64,000 nt of DNA, taken from Hormiphora californensis. Its lineage: Eukaryota > Animalia > Ctenophora. Positions 13,043-31,169 of this stretch are shown piece after piece. The stretch's first letter is position 1. Each line of letters starts with the position of its first letter. The position numbers and the translations under genes are program-made. Below the pieces are notes generated by a model. It was given only the letters and a program-made list of their open reading frames with translations, searched no databases and was not told the DNA's origin. The stretch covers positions 7,626,001 to 7,690,000 of the forward strand of contig CM035355.1 of NCBI GenBank assembly GCA_020137815.1, given 5' to 3'.

Positions 13043-15299
13043 GTATATGTTTACCTTGCATGCAGTAATAAATGCTCAGACAACGTCACTTGCCCCTTTG
13101 ATAGAACGCCACTGAAACGTGATGCCTGTCCGAGAGACTTTACCAAAAAAGTCCTGACTTACTACAGCAGCGACCAGTTAACAATTAGTTACCCGAAAAG
13201 GAGAGTGGTGGGTTCAGGAGACGTTTCAGTGTGCTAACCAGATGTGTCTTACCTATGACAAAGTCTGTAATCTAGTCGACGATTGTGGAGATGGGAGCGA
13301 TGAGGGGAACTGTCTGAATCACTTCAAATGTGGACAAAAGCTGTTACCCCTCTATCAGGTGTGTGATGGGGTGGCCGATTGTTTTGACCGGAGTGATGAA
13401 TGCAACGATCGGTGCAGCAAACACATTTTGGAGGGTTTGGCACTGACAATTTTCGCATTTGTATTTGGATCACTCGCCACTGGCCTGAACATTTGGACTC
13501 TGTTTAGTGTTGCCAGGCAACTACCAGGTGCTAAGACGGACATTGCTTTCCAAAACAAGGTCCTCGTTGGTTTGATAAGCTTCGGGGACACATTAAACGG
13601 GATTTAACTGCTAATAGTTGCGGTTTATGATCAACTCCAATCGGATGAATACTGTCAACACCAAGACGAGTGGCTGACTAGCCGCAAATGTAATCTTCTA
13701 GGGATTTTCAGCACTTCTGCATCATGTCTCTCCGTGTTTGCAATGACCAGTCTGAGTCTTACCCGGGCAGCTGGTGTGACGGGTGGGATCAGACCCCCAA
13801 AAGACCGGAACATAGTGAAAACTGTCAGTTTAGCCCTAGCGATGGTGCTTCTTGCAGTGGTGATAGCTGCGTCTCCTGTATTCCTAGCTACATGGTTCGA
13901 GGATGTGTTCATAAGTGGTCAAGTATGGGAAAAGCAGGTAAAGTTTTTCCTAGGAAGATCCAGCAAAGCTCAACATTTGGACACAATTGAAGGTTACTAT
14001 GGACGTGTCTCCAAAAAGGGCAAATCCTCGGCTAGAATGAGCTGGGAGTATGCTACAAACCTCATCAAAGGAATGTACACCAGGGACTATGGTAACTTGG
14101 AAGGGATGCACGAGTTCGTTGGTTTCTATGGAAACGGAGGTGTATGTCTGTTTAAGTATTTTGTCCTTCCGGATGACCCACAGTTTGTGTTTTCTCTGAC
14201 CTTCCAGATGTTGAACATGGCATGTCTGGCGGTTATTTCTACCTGCTACATCATTATTGCTATGGAGGTACGTATAAACGAATACTATTATTATATTTGT
14301 GTAGGGATTTATCCACACGAATATTACTATGCATCTGGAATTATCTGATTTGCATTTTTTGTTTGGGAAGGTAATCCCCGGCCCTGTCCTGGAATATTAC
14401 TTTAACCACTCCAATTTTTCAGCTAAACAGGAGTGTTAGTAAAGTTACAGTTGCCTCAGATGACAATAACAACAACAACGTGAACCAAAATCATATCGCC
14501 CGACTGAAACAACAGAAGAAATCGCAACGCAAGATCACCGTCATCATTGGTACAGATAGTTGATGTGTTCGATCTCACACCACACACTCTCCACATCAAG
14601 GATGAGATCGAACACATCACACTATCTCCCCACCCGCCACATTCCCATTCACAGGTACAGATATGCTTTGCTGGTTGCCTGTCATGGTAATATCCGGCCT
14701 ACATATGGGGGAAGTGGTGGATGCTACACCGTACTATGGGGCTCTATCCGTCATCGTCCTCCCCATCAACTCCATAATCAACCCCCTCCTGTATAGTGAT
14801 AGTGTATACGGGAAGATAGAGAAGTGGGCTCTATTGGGATGGAACGCAGGGAGAAGGGTCCTTTCCTTCATACTGAGGAAGGTGTTGAAGAGGGTACGGT
14901 GGAAGCAAACATGGAGATGGGGGCGGTACAGAACAATAATCAAAACTGAATGAGAGTTATAACATAAGATAAGGAGAGGTGAAAACTGAAAAAACGATAT
15001 TGACTAAGTTTTAAAACCATTTATCTCTACTAAGCACTATCTCTACTAAGCACTAAGTTCTAGTTTGAGTTGATTAAAAACAATATCATGTTAAAGAGCG
15101 TTCTTGTCTCAGGAGACTACCAGAGAATACCCGAGTGTGTATGGAGCTGTTTATGGATTACGTTTAGTGCTTTCAGCATTGATTTCCCTGCTGACCTTGA
15201 TAGGGCTGCTAACTTGTAGGTACTATTATTGTATTATGAAGTATGTTTGTTTAAAAGTGTAATTTTGTTGATTTGATTTGAAAAAGGTAAAATATAAAG

Positions 15300-17480
15300 A
15301 TACATTGATACTCATACAAAACCGACAGACTCTCTATTAAAATAGATGCCCAGGCATGAGTGCTTACGTTCTTAAATTTAGATAAAGTGTAAAAATTAGT
15401 AGTTAAAAATACGTCATGTTAGCTATTATATACACACACGATTAGAAATATATATTATATATATACTATATTATAATAGTAATAAGTTAAGTTAATAGGT
15501 TAATAAGTTCCGGAGTAACCCTCCAAACCCAAACTCCCTACCCCAGTCAGTGTCAACTGTCAATTTGTGTCAATTGGTATTGGCGCATCACCGGGCAACA
15601 ACTTTAAGTTTCAAACATTTCGAACACAACCCAAACCCATCAACAATTTCTATGACCTCAAACTCCTAAAAACAATAAACATATTATACCATTTACAATT
15701 GTTGCAAGTGATCCGCCAATGATAAGGAAAATTCAGACAGAAGGCGGATACTAGATGTATTCCACAAAACTTCTTAAGTTCTGAGGGAAAATATCACATG
15801 GCCACTAATGCTACGAATATCATGCGGTAGGGAATCCACTTGTGGGTAGGGTAGAAAAAGGAATCTTAAAAACATCTATTTAGGGCGCTCATCCACACTA
15901 CGTATGTCGTGTCTTGTTGATTTGTTGTCTTGTACGTGGTCGGTCATTGTAACAGTTGGGTCAAAACGTCTCATGTAAGGGGGGAATTCTATTGGTATAA
16001 GCTTGTAAAGTATCTTATCGAACATTTTAAGATCATTATATAGGAACTTAGAAGACATGGGTAGGATCTTAAGTTCCTTGAGCCTAGTTAGTACACTTCG
16101 TTGCTGTAACTACACTCAATTCATTGAATACCCATTTACGGCCTTTTTGCATCTTTTCAAATTTTCGATACTAGATGCAGAAATGGGCCGCCATACTTCG
16201 TACAGTGGTCATATAGTGACCTTACTAAACTAATGAAGAGAGTTTTGCGTTTTTTCTGCGACTGAACTAGGTCAGAACACGTTCTCCTCACTAGAACTAA
16301 CCTCTGGGAAGATTTTGATAGGAGCTTGTTCTGATGGTGGGTTGACGAAAGTTATTTGTAGTCAGAACACCCAGATCAGTCCCGTTTGACTAGGACCTAT
16401 TTGTGTGCTTCCAGATGGTATGTTAAATGTACAGGATTTTTTTTTAGGGAACATTAAGGAGCTTACACTTATCAGGATGAAAGTGTATTTTGTTATTCTC
16501 GCTCCAGATTAACAATCTATCTATGTCAGGTTGGAGACTATCTCCGCTACTTTTAATGATACGCCCGATTTTCATATCATCTGCATAAAGCCTTGTATTT
16601 GTGTCCATTCCGACTTGATCCACTATATCGTTGATGAAAAGGACAAAAAGGAAGGGACCAAGTATAGAGCCTTGGGGGACTCCACTTCTAACTGAGCTCC
16701 AGTTTGAGAACTTTCCATCCAGTACAACCCTTTGTCGTCGGTCGGAAAGATACTCTTTGATAAATTGGAGCATTCTACCATTAATATTATAGTCTACATT
16801 AAGCTTTTTAAGAATCACATCATGAGAGACGCTGTCAAAAGCCTTTTTAAAATCAAAGAACACTATATCAGTCTGCAGACCTTTATTTAGGTTAAGGGCA
16901 AGATCACAATTGAAGTCTATAAGTTGGGTACTGCAGGACTTACACGGTCGCTTGTAGTGGGAAAACGGTAATGGAAAACGAAGATACAGTAGGACGACGC
17001 AACCGTGACCAATCAGGGCGCTATAGTACGTGTGACATATGAATTTTGCGCACGTTACGCACCGTGCGCTTCTCCTTACTGTATTTTGCGTTACCGTATT
17101 TTGACTGCAAGCAGCACTGTAAAGGGGAACGAACCCATGTTCAAACGGAGTTATTTTAGGAAGACAAACCCTGTAAAGCCTCTCTCGAACTAACTTTTCT
17201 AAAATCATTGTTAGGCAGGTTAAGGATATCGGCCTGTAGTTCTCGATGTTTGCCTTATCCCCTTTTTTATGAATGGGTACCACATTGGCAATTTTCCATT
17301 CTTGAGGGAATTTACCCTCTCTATAGGATCTATTAAAAATTAGAGTTAAAGGGTAGGCAATGGATCGACAACACTTTTTAGTAAAATCCCCCGTATATTA
17401 TCAGGACCTGTAGCTTTTGAGGGGTCAAGCTTACGTAGTATTTCTAGGACCTCATCGACATGAAACATTTCATCGTTTCA
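15300..17480 (-). mobile_element. 5'-truncated, decayed CR1/L2-like LINE (RT domain); ends approximate
   Basis: NYRPISLT, DFKKAFDSV, SGVPQGSILGP and LYADD in ORF 16444..17283. Confidence 0.9.
16943..17119. mobile_element. 177-bp MITE inside the LINE RT; second copy at 33973-34153
   Basis: Imperfect TIR CGCTTG(T/C)AGT; flanks TTA/TAA; removing 180 nt restores HGFVPLKSCSTQL. Confidence 0.8.
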
Positions 17481-18159
17481 TTCCAGCAATTTTATATTTT
17501 GTATTTTGACCTGGTACCGAGGGCAAATAGTCAACCCACAAATTACTAAGAAGTCCATGATTTGGTAATGAAATTACCCCTTTGTGCAATTGCGCAAATA
17601 TGCAAACTTGCTTTGCGTTGCTAACCAAGTCGAGGATTTACCCATGCTACTTGCTAGAGATCGTTCCATCGATCTGTGATAGCAGTTCCTTTAGTTTTTC
17701 AATATACAAGGTAGGTAAGGTCAGGAAGCATATCATATATGCATATGATATGGAAATGAAATATTATTTTGGTGAATGTTAAAATTCTTTGAGTAAAATA
17801 CAAGGATAATATTACTAATATAATTTAGACGAGTTAGGACTGCAGATAAGATAAAGAAAGGGCTGCTACACTATTATAATATACCCAGCAGTGCATGAGC
17901 TTAGATCATGTTTTTTGTTGTTCGAACAACACAATTGTAACACAATCGTATCCCGCATTCCCGCTTGTATCTCGACTTCTATCTTTCGGTATTTTTGGGC
18001 GGTATTTTTCGGACGGTTCTCTTGTGCTGTTAGACTAATAAAATTATAATTAGTTTTCAACAAATTGGTCTTGGATTTGTTTGTGTCCATCAAAAAACTG
18101 CCACTCTGTAAAAACCATTTGACCCCAAAACCCTACTTCTTATCTACACCAAACTAGAC

Positions 18160-19021
18160 ATGTCAGCATATCCACTGCTACAATGGCCCATGGTCGCTAT
18201 AGGAACGGCTGGTATCCTAAGCAACGCCTACTCCCTGTACTACAACTTCAGAAGAAAGGGGTTCCCAAGACAACTCTACATAGTTTTGAACCTTATTGAC
18301 CTCAGTGTTTGCATTGTCGGAGTTGTGTTCATGATTCAGGGTATAATGCAAATCTTTTTCCTGTTTATGCTATACGTCCTCGCCAATCAGGCCTCTGGAA
18401 TTTGGACTTGTACAATTGGTGGTGCTCGACTTTAGCCATGTCCCGGCCCTTTTACCAAATAAACAAGAGGATATTCTGGACAATTTCTACTTGTTCATGA
18501 CTATAGTAACATTAGGGGCACTCCCTCTCATGATAATTACCATGAATATGGATAGCATTAATATCTATTTCATGGTGAATTTCGGTTGTGTAATTGGAGT
18601 TATCCTAGTTAACCTTGTGTTAACCGTTTGGACAGGCATCCTACTCACCCGAAAATCAGCCGTGGTCGCAGCAGAAAGAGATCAACAACGCAGGAACGCT
18701 GCCGTTACAGTTGTTCTACTGGGCGTTGTATTCCTCCTCACCAATATCAGTGGTGCGGTGATGTGGGGACTGATTTTGTATGGATTTATCAGTTCCAGTT
18801 CCAGTGACAATGGTGATGTTTTAGGAGGGGCTATAATCATTTTGATGGTTTTAATAGTGGTTAACGCTGCACTCAACCCGCTGGTAATCCTACGAAGACA
18901 GCTGATGAGTCTTTGCTGCTGCTGCAGTGGTCGTCGACGGGAATCTAGTCATAATAATATTGGTCTCAACGTAGTACCTGCGGATCAGGTAAACAATGTG
19001 GCCCCTGCTGCACCACTATGA
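18160..19021 (+). CDS. Orphan 7TM receptor copy 4, frameshifted near 18430-18495 (pseudogene or consensus error)
   Basis: ORFs 18160..18435, 18309..18500 and 18416..19021 together tile the copy-1 protein. Confidence 0.75.
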
Positions 19022-19747
19022 AAGTTTTCAGCAGATTGTTAGTTGTTGAAGAAGTTACAAGTTGTTGACCTCAGTACTCAATACTCAACCTGTATGTAAT
19101 CAACCTGTAATTGTATGCCATACCCATTCTCAGAAGGGGTCGCGGCACCAGACAATCCTCAACAAGGTTCATAAGAATTGAGGAAACTTTTCAGAAGAGC
19201 TTCTGCACTTCCCTACCATATTTCCCGAGCTCGGTTTAAAGACATGCGTCCTGAGAGAGTTCCTAGAGTTCTGATGAGAGATCCTAGAGTTAATTATGTC
19301 TTTGTTTGAATACGTAAGAGTGAGTTAATTATGTAAAAGCTGTATGTATGCAATTCTGTAACGTCTTTGGATGGAGACAGTTCTATTTTTCACAACTTTA
19401 TTAGGGAACCTATGTTGCACGAAAGACTTGAACTCCCCTCAGAAGGGTGTTCGAACACAGGGGTCCAAGTTTTTTTTTCGGGGGGAGAGTGCTCCCGTAA
19501 ACAATCTTTAATGCTGAGTTCTCAGGGGTCCAAGTTGAACAATGAACTAATATATCATCTCTAGCTGAAATTCAATTCTGATTTCAGAGTTTTTTGTCAA
19601 GCAAAACTATGTACTTGTAGTTAGAAAACTAGAAAACTACTTAGAATGTACAACTATTAAACAATACACGACTATTGTGTTTTTGAAAAAGCTGTGTATT
19701 AATTATTTAATCAACAAATAGCCATCATTCTGACTTGCCATAAGACT

Positions 19748-20873
19748 AGATTTCAAGATTACAAGATTACAAATAAGTTTTAGTATACATAACAAATGAA
19801 TACAACGCCACTCAGCAGAGCTTCCGCGTGAATAAACATGATTATCCCTATAGAGTGAACATATTCCCCTCAGTGAGCAGGGCAACAAGGGAGTTATTCT
19901 AGGGCTCGAGTATACCTCTGACAGGTGGAAAGTCTGGTAATTGGTATGGTAGAGAAGGAAGTCTCCAAGTGTGACTTTTAGGTCTCGATTGATGTTTGCC
20001 AGCCGTACTTCCTGGGCATCCTGTTAAAGAGTTGAACCGCTCTAACTCCGAATGATGCATCCGTAGCGTCTGGACTGATTTCTGTGCGATGTGATGATCC
20101 GAGGGACAACTGCTTTCGGACCGTGTCGATGGTGGACGTAGAAGGATATTTCGTGCTATTAGGTGCTAGAACCTTGTATATCTTCCACTATGTATGATCA
20201 TGTATCTTTCCCGTCTTCTCTGCAAAGAAAGAGTATCCTGAGGTGGGCTAATCGTTCCAGTAATTCATGCCTTCACAGTCTGTGATTTCCGTGTGAAGAA
20301 ACGTTGGATTCCCTCGATTGCAATCTCGCCAGTTGGCATGCGCCAGGCGACCATAGTGGCGAGCAAGTATCTAGCTTCGGCCGAATGAGCGATTTTCAGT
20401 AAGGTAACCACTGGTTGCTGTAGATCTGCTCTGAACACTCCTAGGACCATCCAGCTAATCTTTTGGCTTCTCTGGTGATGATACCGATGTGTGTGTGGCC
20501 ACAATGCGTCATTGGTCATGTGGATACCCAGATCTTTCACACAGTGTGCAGGGCTAATGTCCTCACCATTTGTATTGTAGTATCGAAGTTTTCCACATTG
20601 AAGGGAAGAACCGTAGAAGCTTGTTTTGTTCAGGGTGTAGTTGAGAATTTCGAACTTGTCCCATGTAGAAGCATGTGTTCTTCTTTGACCAATCGGCGAT
20701 TCTGTCGAGGTCCCTGAAGTGATTTATGTCCTCTGCTTGTTCGATCGATGCCTGCTCTTCGTGTCGTTGCAAACGTTAGTGTACCACCCAGCGTGGCAAG
20801 CGGCCCAATCACTAACATAGATAATAAACAGAAGTGGACCCAGCACTGAGCCCTGGATCACACTACTGATGAC
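19748..20873 (-). mobile_element. 5'-truncated CR1-like LINE inserted downstream of GPCR copy 4
   Basis: Starts at VIQGSVLGPLLFIIYV; short-repeat 3' tail (GTAATCTT-like); AGACT on both sides; empty site ATAAGACTGATGC at ~9900. Confidence 0.85.
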
Positions 20874-21444
20874 AGACTGATGCAAATGGCTTTCAAGAGC
20901 TTAGAGTCGAGTCATGAGTCATAACTAGTCATGACTAATCATCTGCAAATGCTAAGAGTAGGACTTGATTCATTGGGCAAATTTTCATTTGCTGCAAACG
21001 TCTAGACGCCGTTCTATTTCTAACGCTGTCAAGACGGGTTTTAAAGTAAAAACGGGCTTGATTGGAGCCTGTCAGGCCGACAGGCCAATGCTCTGACCAC
21101 AGTTCTGAGTTCTCACGCGTGATGCCAATGCTCATGCTCTGACATAACTTGCCATGCTACGCGGTCTGTTCGTTCGGCCCATTCAGCGCTCGCCCTTCGG
21201 GCTCGCGATAGCCGAAGGACCGGTGTGAGAGCTGACAGACGAGGAACATGTCAAAACATAACACTAACTTGTCATGCCAATGCTCTGACCACTCAGCACA
21301 TGAAAGTTCTCGCAGTTCTAGCAAATCTCGCAGTTCTGAAAAAAATGAGAATAGGGTCATATCTTGGGCACGTCGCGCCCTCTTTTTTCGCGCGCGATTT
21401 TTTCGCGAACCCCTCACTACACGGAGGGGCTGCTTCGCAGCCAA

Positions 21445-21900
21445 GTTGCTGGCCCCCGGGATAAGGTTGACATGTTCCTTGTCTGTCAGCTCTCACACCG
21501 GGCCGAAGGCCCGGTGCGAGCTTACGCGAGGCGCTTAAGACAGACTGCGTAGCATGGCAAGGATAAGGCAGCGCTTTTCAACTGGATGTGGTGCGCTGTT
21601 GGATCTGGTTTTTTCTTTTCTTTGTTGTATTGGATCTGGTGCGTTTTGCGCTTATGAAACTAAAATTTAACGTAAAGAAGTAACTAAAATTTCACTGCAA
21701 CTCTTAAAAAAAATTGACGGCATGCGCAATCTTTTACAACAAACGTTGCTAAGTAGTGGCGCGCATATATTTTTAAGATTTTGTGTGCGCGCGTGAATTT
21801 CGAGAATTCGCGCTCGCGAGATCAAAAAACCTGCCAGCAGCGTTTGCCTTGAAAAGTTGAAAAGCGCTGCCTTATCCCGTTGCTATCGGGGGCCAGCAAC
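21445..21900. mobile_element. Nested short TIR elements
   Basis: Outer TIR GTTGCTGGCCCCC...GGGGGCCAGCAAC; inner TIR GGATAAGGCAGCGCTTTTCAACT (~21560-21878). Confidence 0.65.
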
Positions 21901-24059
21901 GTTTGCCAAGCGTTTGCCTATTTTTTTAGTGGTTTGGTGGCTACGCACCAGTTACAGATTGATACCCTGATATCACTTCCTAGGTACCTGATACTCCGGT
22001 TCTAGTCCAGCTATCCGACGACGGCACCTCTCTCATATCCTCGACTCTCCTCCGACCCACACAACGCGGCCTTCAATCTAATGCAGTGGTGTTTGAACAG
22101 AAAGGACTTTTTAATTTAATATATAATATATTTTGGACTGCTATTCATTGGCTGAATTATATTTATATCATATGACATAGTTTCCTTAGTAGACCTATTT
22201 ACATTTCTTAGAAGCACTTTTAGATACCTTTTATATATTCCTTAATAACTGATCGACATTATTTAACTAAATATATGCATTTTAATTTAATTATACCATT
22301 TGAAGAGAAGTATATTTATCATCAGGTTTTTATTTTAACTTATTTTTTAATTTGAGAGTGACGGGGGCTGTGGGTGTTCTCTGTTAAGGGTGGCCTGAGG
22401 CTACGTTGAGGAAAGCCCCCGGGCTGGAGTCGTGACGAGTATTTAACGTATATTCATATTGGTAAGTTTGGTTTGAAATGTTTTTCGATTAAAAAAAAAT
22501 CAGGGGACGCCACTGCTATCAGGGCACGGCGCGTTCCATACGGCCACATGATGCCACGGGGCCGCAGATGGTTCTGTGGGAACCATGCGACATTGCTGCG
22601 CTTCACGTAAATTGAATGGCAGTAGAGCTAACGTGCATTTCAGCACTCACTTGCCTCCCGACCATACAGCTTGGGAACTGATGCATGGGAATCTCTAACT
22701 GTTGCCCTAGAAGTATTTCTATGTAGGATAACTTTTCGGCAAAATCTATGTCAATGTGTGCATCTTCAAGTTGAATACTCTTATTATTAAAACAGTGCTA
22801 CAATGAGAGGGTCCTGGACGTGGAGCAGAGCTTAATTTCCCCTTGGTTGTCGAATGGTCCACGAGTGCAAGATTTTATCAACACCTTGCAACCATCCTAT
22901 CAAACAAAACACCTTGCAACCAACCTATGAAACAAAACCCGGCACTAGTTTAAGCTGAGCATTCAGCACCAGGGTTTTATTATGTAGGATTTTATTATGC
23001 CTATAAGTTGTACCTGAAAACTTATAACACGAGACCGAAGGTCGAGTGTTATCAATAGCGTGGCAAGCGCCGGGGCCCAAATCCTCCCTACCCCCAACCA
23101 TCCTTCCCATAAAAAATGTCCATTTTCCAGATTCTTGCTTCCATGAATGGAAAATCGAAATTGCGGGGAAAACATTTGTTTTTTGAATTTTTTGAAATTT
23201 TTGAAAATTTTGACAGCGCTAACACTTATACTATTGTCTGAAATCGGCAATTTCAACCTTGTTTCAGAAACCTTCTGTTGTCTACAAACTTGCCGCTTTG
23301 GTAGTTCGTGTTGCTTGACACCTAGAGCACCACGTTCAAAATTTTCAACAAATCGAAAGTTACGGTTTTTTACGTTACAGAGGGTCGTATTTTAGACAAA
23401 ATGTCTCGTTTTTAGGGTCCCGAACGACCTTGATTGTACCACCTTTTTGCGTACAAATAGAGGCCGTAGTTTTAAACTATCACCATGAAACTTTGGAGTC
23501 GGTAGGTCTCGTGGTGTACCTGTTACTAAAGCTTGGACAGAGAAACGGACAGTCATAACAAAAGTTATGACTGTCTTAAGGTTCTTTGGCGTCTAAGACA
23601 GCTTTCCGGGTTCTACGAATACGCCGCTTGGACGAAGTTGTCTCGAACATCTGAAAACACGATCAAATTTCAAGCAAATCGAGTTACGGTTTCAGTTACG
23701 GGATCTGGACTATTTTCAAAAAACCTAGAAAGAGCAAATTAAACTAGAATCATGATTTATCACAGATATTTTGCCAACGTAGGTCAATTGCTGTATTTTC
23801 AGACATAATGGAAGTCATATCTAGAGTATGACTGTCTTAAATTTAGAACGATTTTAAAAACGCCTAGAAAGAAGCTTGGTCAGAGTTATCTAAATTAATA
23901 TGCATCAGATTTATTTTATAAAATAAGGTTTACTGCCGCATTCAGTTATAATGAGTAGTCATAATCTAGGAGTCATGACTGTCTTAATTAGACGATTAAA
24001 AAAAGACGAGAAAAGAGCGAAAGCATCTAGAACTGATTGTAACAGATACTATTTGATAT

Positions 24060-24370
24060 CAATGCTTATCCGTGATCGTTATCCGTAACTAATATCAAAA
24101 TCAGAGAATAATCGTGGAGAACCAATCGCGGATATCAATGATGATAACTAATAAATAATAGTAATCGCGGATAACTAACCACGACAACTTCATCGCCGAA
24201 TGAGTAATATGATAGTTACCAAGTCGCGGATAGCTAATGCAAATAAGCTAATCGCGATAGCTAATCGCGTATAGCTAATCGCGATATTAATCGCGATTAA
24301 CTATAACGGATCGTGACAGCTATCTGCGATCGGTGTCGCGATTACTATTATATTCGTATTCGCAATTGAT
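24060..24370. repeat. Degenerate tandem repeat, ATCGCGGATAGCTA-like
   Basis: Seen directly. Confidence 0.65.
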
Positions 24371-24459
24371 ATCCAAGAACTAGATGACATGCCTTTTTTA
24401 ATACAAGCTGCAGCTTGTATTAAAAAAATGCATGTCTCTAGTATAACAAATGCCTGATA

Positions 24460-24906
24460 CTAGATCCAAAAACCAACCACGTGTGGGATAGCCGTTTGTG
24501 GACCGCAGAAATTTAAAAAACGTGCGAAAGTTTTGATACATGAACTTTCGGGCCTGGGTGCTGTTAAATTCGCGTTTCCATGATAGTTCACAGCAGTTCT
24601 TTAAAAACACTTGTATTATTCTGTAAAACAGATTCTGAAAACGATCCACGCGTGCAGTATATGTATACGTGATATGTGTGGAGCTATTTGTATGATAATG
24701 TGGAAATCAAAAAATTGATAACTTGCAAATCATTGCCAATAGTTTTCATGGACGTTATATTGAAAAATGTTGTGGTCTATAATCATGGGAACGCGAATTA
24801 ACAGCACCCCACAGGCCCCGAAAGTTCATGTAATCAAAACTTTCGCACGTTTTTAAATTTCTGCGGCCCCGGCTATCCACCAAACTGTTTGGTTTTTTGG
24901 ATATAG
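24460..24906. mobile_element. Fold-back MITE with ~140-bp imperfect arms
   Basis: CCGCAGAAATTTAAAAAACGTGCGAAAGTTTTGAT at ~24503 and its reverse complement at ~24833-24867. Confidence 0.75.
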
Positions 24907-26472
24907 TAAGTGCAAACAATAATGATCCTGAGACCACAGGTCGAGCAGATTCTGTACTTTAGTGCACGAGCCTTCGAGTGCCACTAAGTGTGCTACCATC
25001 ACGAGCCTGCGAGTGATTGTAGTTTTACTTTTTGACCGAGCCTGCGAGTCTAAAGTGTAAGAATCTGGGACATTATTGTTGACGTCAGGTCACAACGAAG
25101 AAATAGGCATAAAAAATTGCATTGTAAAAATTTTTTTAAAACAAGAGTGCAAAGTGAGGCAGAGAGACAATTAGGCGTGTCGCCGTCGTAACAATAGAAC
25201 AAAATATCAGATATAAGGTAAGCAGGCAGAGAAATCCAGAAAGATAAGATACACGCCTGAGATAGGTAAAGAGAGTGAAGATTAGTGAGAGTGAGAAGAG
25301 ATAAAGAATGTGTGGGTCCGGGAGTCGTAACCGTTATCGTTGATACTCGGTGCTTTGCAAACGGAGCGTGAGGAGTGTGACATTATAAAGAAAGAGAGAG
25401 AGGGAGTTCGTCATTTTTATCTTTCATACGGTTTTTAAGTGTGTGACAGAAAAACAGTGGTGTTCGAAGTGCAGCAGTGTTATAAGTTTTCATGTACACT
25501 GGGTGGTGTTATAGTTTCACTTATAACACTGGGGGGGTGTTATGTTATAAGTTTTCACTTATAACACTCGGGGGTGGATATAAGTTGTACAAGCAGTGCT
25601 ACCTAAAGAAATATATTATATCTCAAAATTTTACAATGGACGCTCTATTAAATAATTTGGCAGTGCCCATCATAAACACAGGCCTGATCGTAAGTTACTA
25701 TCAGAGGCGGTGTTACGATTGGTAACGGGGTCCCCACAGTCTTTCCATCGGTTTGTTGATTTCCAGCCGTGCCGTTTAATGGCTTATAATGGCTGTTACG
25801 ATTGGACTATTTTAGGGACCCCTTCCCTGTGCTCAACGTACGCCAAGGAGAGGTCAGAGTTTTAAACAGGTAGACCTTGGAAATTTTGCTAGTCCTTTTT
25901 TTGTTTGTTGAAGTAAAAAACTCTTTCTGTTTGTTTATTTTTGAAGGCCTTGCCGCATGGTGCAGTACTGTTCACTACATGTATCTATCAACTACAGAAC
26001 GGACAAATTTGAACTTTTGTTATTCTGGTGTGAAAAGCGAGTGTAATGTTGAAAAATAGTGAACTATGAGTCGAGAGGGAGATTGAGACTACCCTAATCC
26101 CTAGCTATCAATAGTGTCTGTATTTTTATGGGACGCTGGCCAAACTGATGTAGAATCCCTCATGACCCTAATTGGGCCCTAATTTTAAATTTTCCAGTGC
26201 TTTCACGTGGCGGCAAAGTCACCTCTCGGCACACTTCGCGGGCCTCGTTTTGCCGTGCTATGCGCAGGAGTTGTAAGGGTGACTGAGTCACCAAGGCTTT
26301 CACCCATCATCCAGATTGTGTAATTATGTCTTTCTCAAATGCTTTACACTTGATGAGTCACATTATATTTCTTATTATACCACATGAGAGGGGTTTAGTT
26401 CCATAACCGATGCCATTTGATTCTATTTTCACAGTCTTTCTTCCCTCTCTACTAGCTGCGTTCGGTAATGCT

Positions 26473-30830
<4,358 letters not shown>

Positions 30831-31169
30831 GAGGCTTGTTTAGAGATAGGAAATGGGGAGACTTTGTATTTGGGGGCTCTGGATGAGCCGAGGGACTGTG
30901 CGAGATGTACAAGATGATGAGAGACAATCCAAGATGTATTGTTAATAGAGTGATGTTGAAAAGGTGAAGAGGGTTAGAGATAGTGAGTGAGAGAGTGTGT
31001 GAGAGTGAGAGAGTGTGATTGTATGTGAGAGATAGTGTGAGAGTGAGAGAGAGTGAGAGAGAAAGTGTGAGAGAGATAGAGAGATAAGAGGTAGAGAGAC
31101 ATTAATTGCTGGACATTGTTATTTTGTGTCTGTCAATGTTGCAAATGATTATCTTGTGTTAAATTAACT

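Larger units (their letters stand above)
10271..14953 (+). pseudogene. LDLa-repeat class A GPCR (GRL101/RXFP-like 7TM, no LRRs visible), 5'-incomplete and disrupted
   Basis: LDLa motifs CDGKPDCLSETDE, DGVTDCVGGEDE, CNLVDDCGDGSDE, CDGVADCFDRSDE; 7TM motifs GFYGNGGVC, GTDMLCWLP, LPINSIINPLLY; introns ~14268-14422 and 14550-14654; retroposon insertion, frameshifts and a TAA at 13605. Confidence 0.8.

Noticed and set aside
16943-17119. Apparent novel 60-aa insert in the RT domain
   Set aside because: A MITE plus TSD totalling 180 nt, in frame by chance; second copy at 33973
18420-18500. Programmed frameshifting in GPCR copy 4 or Rab6
   Set aside because: Similar indels hit essential genes throughout the window, pointing to consensus error or decay
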